From Eledone cirrhosa (taxonomy: Eukaryota), in the NCBI GenBank assembly GCA_964016885.1, contig OZ024752.1, positions 48,732,001 to 48,796,000 of the forward strand: 64,000 nt of DNA. The letters run 5' to 3'. Position numbers and translations under genes: made by a program. The notes under the pieces were generated by a model. It did not search any database. It saw only the letters and a program-made list of their open reading frames with translations, and was not told where the DNA came from. Of the stretch, positions 58,862-64,000 are shown one piece after another (within the stretch, counting starts at the first letter, position 1; each line of letters opens with the position of its first letter).

Positions 58862-59484
58862 CCAATACAAAAAAGAACCTGTACTAAAGGAACAAAAGTA
58901 GTAGTAGTAGTAGTAGTGGTGGTGGTGGTGGTGGTGGTGGTGGAGGTAGTGGTGGTGGTGGTGGTGGTGGTGGTAGTGGTGGTGGTGGTAGTGGTGGTGG
59001 TGGTGGTGGTGGTGGTGGTGGTGGTGGTGGTGGAGGTAGTGGTGGTGGTGGTGGTGGAGGTAGTGGTGGTGGTGGTGGTGGTGGTGGTAGTGGTGGTGGT
59101 GGTGGTGGTAGTAATTATAGTAATGGTGGGGATGGTGGTAGTAGTGGTGGTGGTGATACTTGTAGTATTTGGTGGTGGTGGTGGTAGTAGTGGTAGTGGT
59201 GGTAGTAGTGGTGGTAGTGATGGTGGTGGTGGTAGTGGTGGTGGTGGTGGTGGTGGTTATAGTAATGGTAGTAGTGGTGGTGGTGATACTTGTAGTATTG
59301 GTGGTGGTGGCGGCAGTGGTGGTAGTAGTAGTGGTAGTAGTTGCTGTGGTGGTGTTTGTTGTGGTGGTGGTGGTAGTAGTGGTGGTGGTGATACTTGTAG
59401 TATTGGTGGTGGTAGTAGTAGTGGTAGTAGTCGTTTGTGGTGGTGGTGGTACTAGTATTGTTGTTGCTATTATATTATTACTAT

Positions 59485-59535
<51 letters not shown>

Positions 59536-59536
59536 C

Positions 59537-59629
<93 letters not shown>

Positions 59630-59719
59630 TTATATCCATCAATGGGTTTGGTTAGTCAAAACCTTTGTGATGAGAAATTTTGAATGAGAAAATTATTAGC
59701 TTGTTTTATAAGGTAATGT

Positions 59720-62112
59720 AATGTGTTGTGGTGGTGTGTTGTGGTGGTGTGGTGGTGTTGTGGTGTGGTGTGGTGTTGTGTTATGTGGTGTTGTGGTGTA
59801 GTGGTGTGTTGTGGTGGTGTGGTGGTGTGTTGTGTGGTGTGGTGATGTTGTGGTGTGGTGGTGTGTTGTGGTGGTGTGGTGGTGTTGTGGTGTGGTGTGG
59901 TGGTGTGGTGGTGTGTTATGTGGTGTTGTGGTGTAGTGGTGTGGTGTGGTGGTGTGTTATGTGGTGTGGTGGTGTTGTGGTGTGGTGTGGTGGTGTGTTA
60001 TGTGGTGTGGTGGTGTAGTGGTGTGTTGTGGTGGTGTGGTGGTGTGTTGTGGTGTGGTGGTGTGTTGGTGTGTTGTGGTGTGGTGGTGTGGTGGTGTGTT
60101 GTGTGGTGTGGTGGTGTTGTGGTGGTGTGGTGGTGTGTTGTGTGGTGTGGTGGTGTTGTGGTGTGGTGTGGTGTTGTGTTGTGTGGTGTGGTGGTGTTGT
60201 GGTGTGGTGTGGTGTTGTGTTATGTGGTGTGGTGGTGTAGTGGTGTGTTGTGGTGGTGTGGTGGTGTGTTGTGGTGTGGTGGTGTGTTGGTGTGTTGTGG
60301 TGTGGTGGTGTGGTGGTGTGTTGTGTGGTGTGGTGGTGTTGTGGTGGTGTGGTGGTGTGTTGTGTGGTGTGGTGGTGTTGTGGTGTGGTGTGGTGTTGTG
60401 TTGTGTGGTGTGGTGGTGTTGTGGTGTGGTGTGGTGTTGTGTTATGTGGTGTGGTGGTGTAGTGGTGTGTTGTGGTGGTGTGTTGTGTGGTGTGGTGGTG
60501 TAGTGGTGTGGTGTGGTGTTGTGTTATGTGGTGTGGTGGTGTAGTGGTGTGGTGTGGTGTTGTGTTATGTGGTGTGGTGGTGTTGTGGTGTGGTGTGGTG
60601 TTGTGTTGTGTGGTGTGGTGGTGTTGTGGTGTGGTGTGGTGTTGTGTTGTGTGGTGTGGTGGTGTTGTGGTGTGGTGTGGTGTTGTGTTATGTGGTGTGG
60701 TGGTGTAGTGGTGTGTTGTGGTGGTGTGTTGTGTGGTGTGGTGGTGTTGTGGTGTGTTGTGGTGGTGTGTTGTGTGGTGTGGTGGTGTTGTGGTGTGGTG
60801 TGGTGTTGTGTTATGTGGTGTGGTGGTGTTGTGGTGTGTTGTGGTGGTGTGTTGTGTGGTGTGGTGGTGTTGTGGTGTGGTGTGGTGTTGTGTTATGTGG
60901 TGTGGTGGTGTAGTGGTGTGTTGTGGTGGTGTGTTGTGTGGTGTGGTGGTGTTGTGGTGTGGTGTGGTGTTATGTGGTGTTGTGGTGTGGTGGTGTGTTG
61001 TGTGGTGTGGTGATGTTGTGGTGTGGTGTGGTGGTGTGTTATGTGGTGTGGTGGTGTAGTGGTGTGTTGTGGTGGTGTGGTGGTGTGTTGTGGTGTGGTG
61101 GTGTGGTGGTGTGTTGTGTGGTGTGGTGGTGTGTTGTGGTGGTGTGGTGGTGTGTTATGTGGTGTGGTGGTGTTGTGGTGTAGTGGTGTGTTGTGGTGGT
61201 GTGGTGGTGTGTTGTGGTGTGGTGGTGTGTTGTGGTGTGGTGGTGTGTTGTGTGGTGTGGTGGTGTTGTGGTGTGGTGTGGTGTTGTGTTATGTGGTGTG
61301 GTGGTGTTGTGGTGTAGTGGTGTGTTGTGGTGGTGTGGTGGTGTGTTGTGTTATGTGGTGTGGTGGTGTTGTGGTGTAGTGGTGTGTTGTGGTGGTGTGG
61401 TGGTGTGTTGTGGTGTGGTGGTGTGTTGTGGTGTGGTGTGGTGTTGTGGTGGTGTGTTGTGGTGTGTGGTGGTGTTGTGTGGTGTGGTGGTGTGTTGTGT
61501 GGTGTGGTGGTGTGTTGTGGTGTGGTGGTGTGTTGTGGTGGTGTGGTGTGTGGTGTGGTGTAATGGTGTGTTGTGTGGTGTGGTGGTGTGTTGTGGTGTG
61601 GTGGTGTGTTGTTGGGGTGTGGTGTGGTGGTGTGGTGGTGTGTTGTGGTGTGGTGGTGTGTTGTGGTGGTGTGGTGTGTGGTGGTGTTGTGTGGTGTGGT
61701 GGTGTGTTGTGTGGTGTGGTGGTGTGTTGTGGTGTGGTGGTGTGTTGTGGTGGTGTGGTGTGTGGTGTGGTGTAATGGTGTGTTGTGTGGTGTGGTGGTG
61801 TGTTGTGGTGTGGTGGTGTGTTGTTGGGGTGTGGTGTGGTGGTGTGGTGTTGTGTGGTGGTGGTGTGGTGTGGTGTTGTGATGGTGTGGTGTGGTGTGGT
61901 GGTATGTTGTGGTGGTGTGGTGGTGTGTTGTGGTGTTGTGTTGTGGTGGTGTGGTGTGGTGGTGTGTTGTGGTGTTGTGGTGTAGTGTTGTGTGGTGTGT
62001 AGTGGTGTGGTGTGGTGGCGTTGTGGTGTAGTGGTGTGGTGTTGTGGTGTAATGGTGTGATTGTGTGGTGTGGTGTTGTGGTGTGGTGTGGTGATGTGTG
62101 GTGTGGTGTGGT
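59720..62112. repeat. 2.4-kb GGTGT/GGT/TGT satellite with internal higher-order duplications
   Basis: The ORF track shows identical translations at 60028-60240 and 60250-60462, i.e. a 222-bp duplication. Confidence 0.9.
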
Positions 62113-63008
62113 GCAGTGAGAGAGTGCTACAGGAGAGATAAGAGTAGAGAGAGAGAGAGGTAGGAGTAGAGAGAGAGAGAGAGACAGAGAGAGAGAGTAG
62201 AAAATTATATATATATATAAAGAGAGAGGTTGAGAGAGATAGGTAGTAAATAAGAGTGAATGAAAACGAGAGAGAGAGGGGAGAGAGAAGAGAGAAATAA
62301 GAGAGAGGAGGAGAGAGAAGAGAGAGAGAGGAGGAGAGAGAAGAGAAAGAAGAGAGCGGAGAGGAGGAGAGAGAAGAGAAAGAAGAGAGCGGAGAGGAGG
62401 AGAGAGAAGAGAGAGGGAGGAGAGAAAGAGGGAGCAAGAGAGAGGGGAGAGAAAAAAGAGAGAGAGAGAGAGAGAGAGGAGGAGAGAGGGAAAGAGAGTT
62501 CTTTAGAATTTATAGTTCAAGTCTGTGTCAGGTTCAAATTTATAGTTATTTATTATTAGGATAGGTGTTGGTTTAGAAAGATGCAAGGAAATATTATGGG
62601 TAGGTGGGGGTGGGGACTGTCTGAGGTGGGGGTGACTGTCTGGGGGGGGGGGGGGGTTGAAGGCAGGGTATGTATTTAATTTAATTTTCAACTCATTTCA
62701 CTTTCTATCATACCATGTCATGTTGTGTCATGTCATTGTCGTTGTAATGTCTCCAATGAGGTCCTCTCTGGTTTCTGGCAAGAGGTGAAGTGTAAATAAA
62801 ATCAGAGAAAGGAATGGATATATGAGGGAGAGAGAGAGAGAGAGAGGGAAGAGAGAGAGAAAGAGAGGGGGCACGAGAGAGAGGGAAGAGAAAGAGAGAG
62901 AGAGGGAGAGAGAAAGAGAGGGGGCACGAGAGAGAGAGGAGAGGGAGAGGTGGAAAAGAAAGAAAGAGGGAGAGAGAAAAAATGAGAGAGAATGAGGGTG
63001 TGAGAGTG

Positions 63009-63036
<28 letters not shown>

Positions 63037-63039
<3 letters not shown>

Positions 63040-63247
63040 GAAGGAAATGTGGTAAGGAACCAGGTGAACCATAACGCACCAAAGTACTCAATACTTAGGG
63101 TAGTAGAGTGGGTAATAGGAATGAGTAGGACCCCGACGGCTGAGCTCAAGCCGTTTCGACGGCTAATTCTGGACTCATTAGCCATAAACTGTCCAGAATT
63201 AGCCGTTGAAACGGCTTGAGCTCAGCCGTCGGGGTCCTACTCGTTCC

Positions 63248-63249
<2 letters not shown>
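63037..63249 (-). mobile_element. Family B fold-back element
   Basis: Reverse-complement tail plus inverted arms of about 60 bp around the loop tcattagccataaact; (TA)n flanks. Confidence 0.75.
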
Positions 63250-63339
<90 letters not shown>

Positions 63340-64000
63340 ATATGGACATGTGTAAGTGAATGAATGAGTGAGTCATTTGAACTTGATGAAATAAAATGAT
63401 TGAAATGTATCTGTAGCTGACAAAATATTACAAGTTCCATCTGACAGTAAGGACCTCAAAACCTTTACAGAGCTAACAACTTGTGTCTTTTACTAAACAT
63501 TTACTATATAGGTGGGTGGGTCTTATAGCATTCATATTATTGACTATAAAAAGCTTAATATATTTCAAACTAGCTTTCATCATATGGTGTTGGACAGATA
63601 TCTGTGTATATATAAAAAGTACATGATAAAATGACAAGTCAGTCAATTATATTGATGGTCTCTTGTTTGATGAGTTTAAAACCATTCATTAACCCTTTAG
63701 CATTTAAACCGGCCGTATCCGGCCAGAATTATCTCAACTCTTTCTGTTCAAACTGGCCATAACTGGCTGCTCATAGTTATGTTAAGGTATTGTTCTCAAA
63801 ATATTTACAGTAATATGATATAACCAATATTGTCATCATTAAGCTTGTGTTTGGAACATAACTTAACAAAGGTTCTTATGACTGAATATTTTGAAATAAA
63901 TATAACATTTTCAAACAAAATGTTTTGTATCATAGAACTGAGGGCAGATTGAAACAGTTTAGTGTCAAAAGCTTTAAAACGGGAGTCAACTATTTCTTTC

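Noticed and set aside
59720-62112. Telomeric or interstitial telomeric repeat
   Set aside because: Units are GGTGT/GGT/TGT, not TTAGGG or TTAGG.
62711-62800. Minus-strand peptide ...EDLIGDITTT resembling FUZ ELIGDLTQ
   Set aside because: It lies upstream of the identified exon (wrong order), ends in an in-frame stop, and the match is very short.

Overview
AT-rich, repeat-saturated eukaryotic DNA. The repeat families (tRNA/CORE-type SINEs, TTAA-flanked MITEs, long (TA)n tracts) suggest a coleoid cephalopod, probably Octopus; this is an inference from recalled repeat sequences. Almost all ORFs in the supplied track are microsatellite artefacts. One protein-coding exon is recognisable: 53315-53468 (-), fuzzy/FUZ planar-cell-polarity protein. 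The main discovery is a set of hammerhead-ribozyme (HHR) retroelements inserted in (TA)n. (1) A 3.7-kb array (3574-7258) of about 12 near-identical, ORF-less, highly structured 310-bp units, each with a type I HHR. The units form two divergent arms (about 3.9 units on -, 8 units on +), consistent with a retrozyme/Penelope-type element that could yield circular RNA. (2) A five-copy fold-back family whose longest copy (27677-28028) carries an HHR with the rare U3-A8 core (UUGAAAA). (3) A third fold-back element (34117-34370) with a probable U3-A8 HHR. All three share one layout: an inverted copy joined head-to-head to a sense copy with an extra 3' tail. Also present: piggyBac-type MITEs seeding 62/72-bp minisatellites, a solo LTR, a hAT-type MITE, a CR1/L2 LINE 3' end, a pre-miRNA-like hairpin and many mini/microsatellites.
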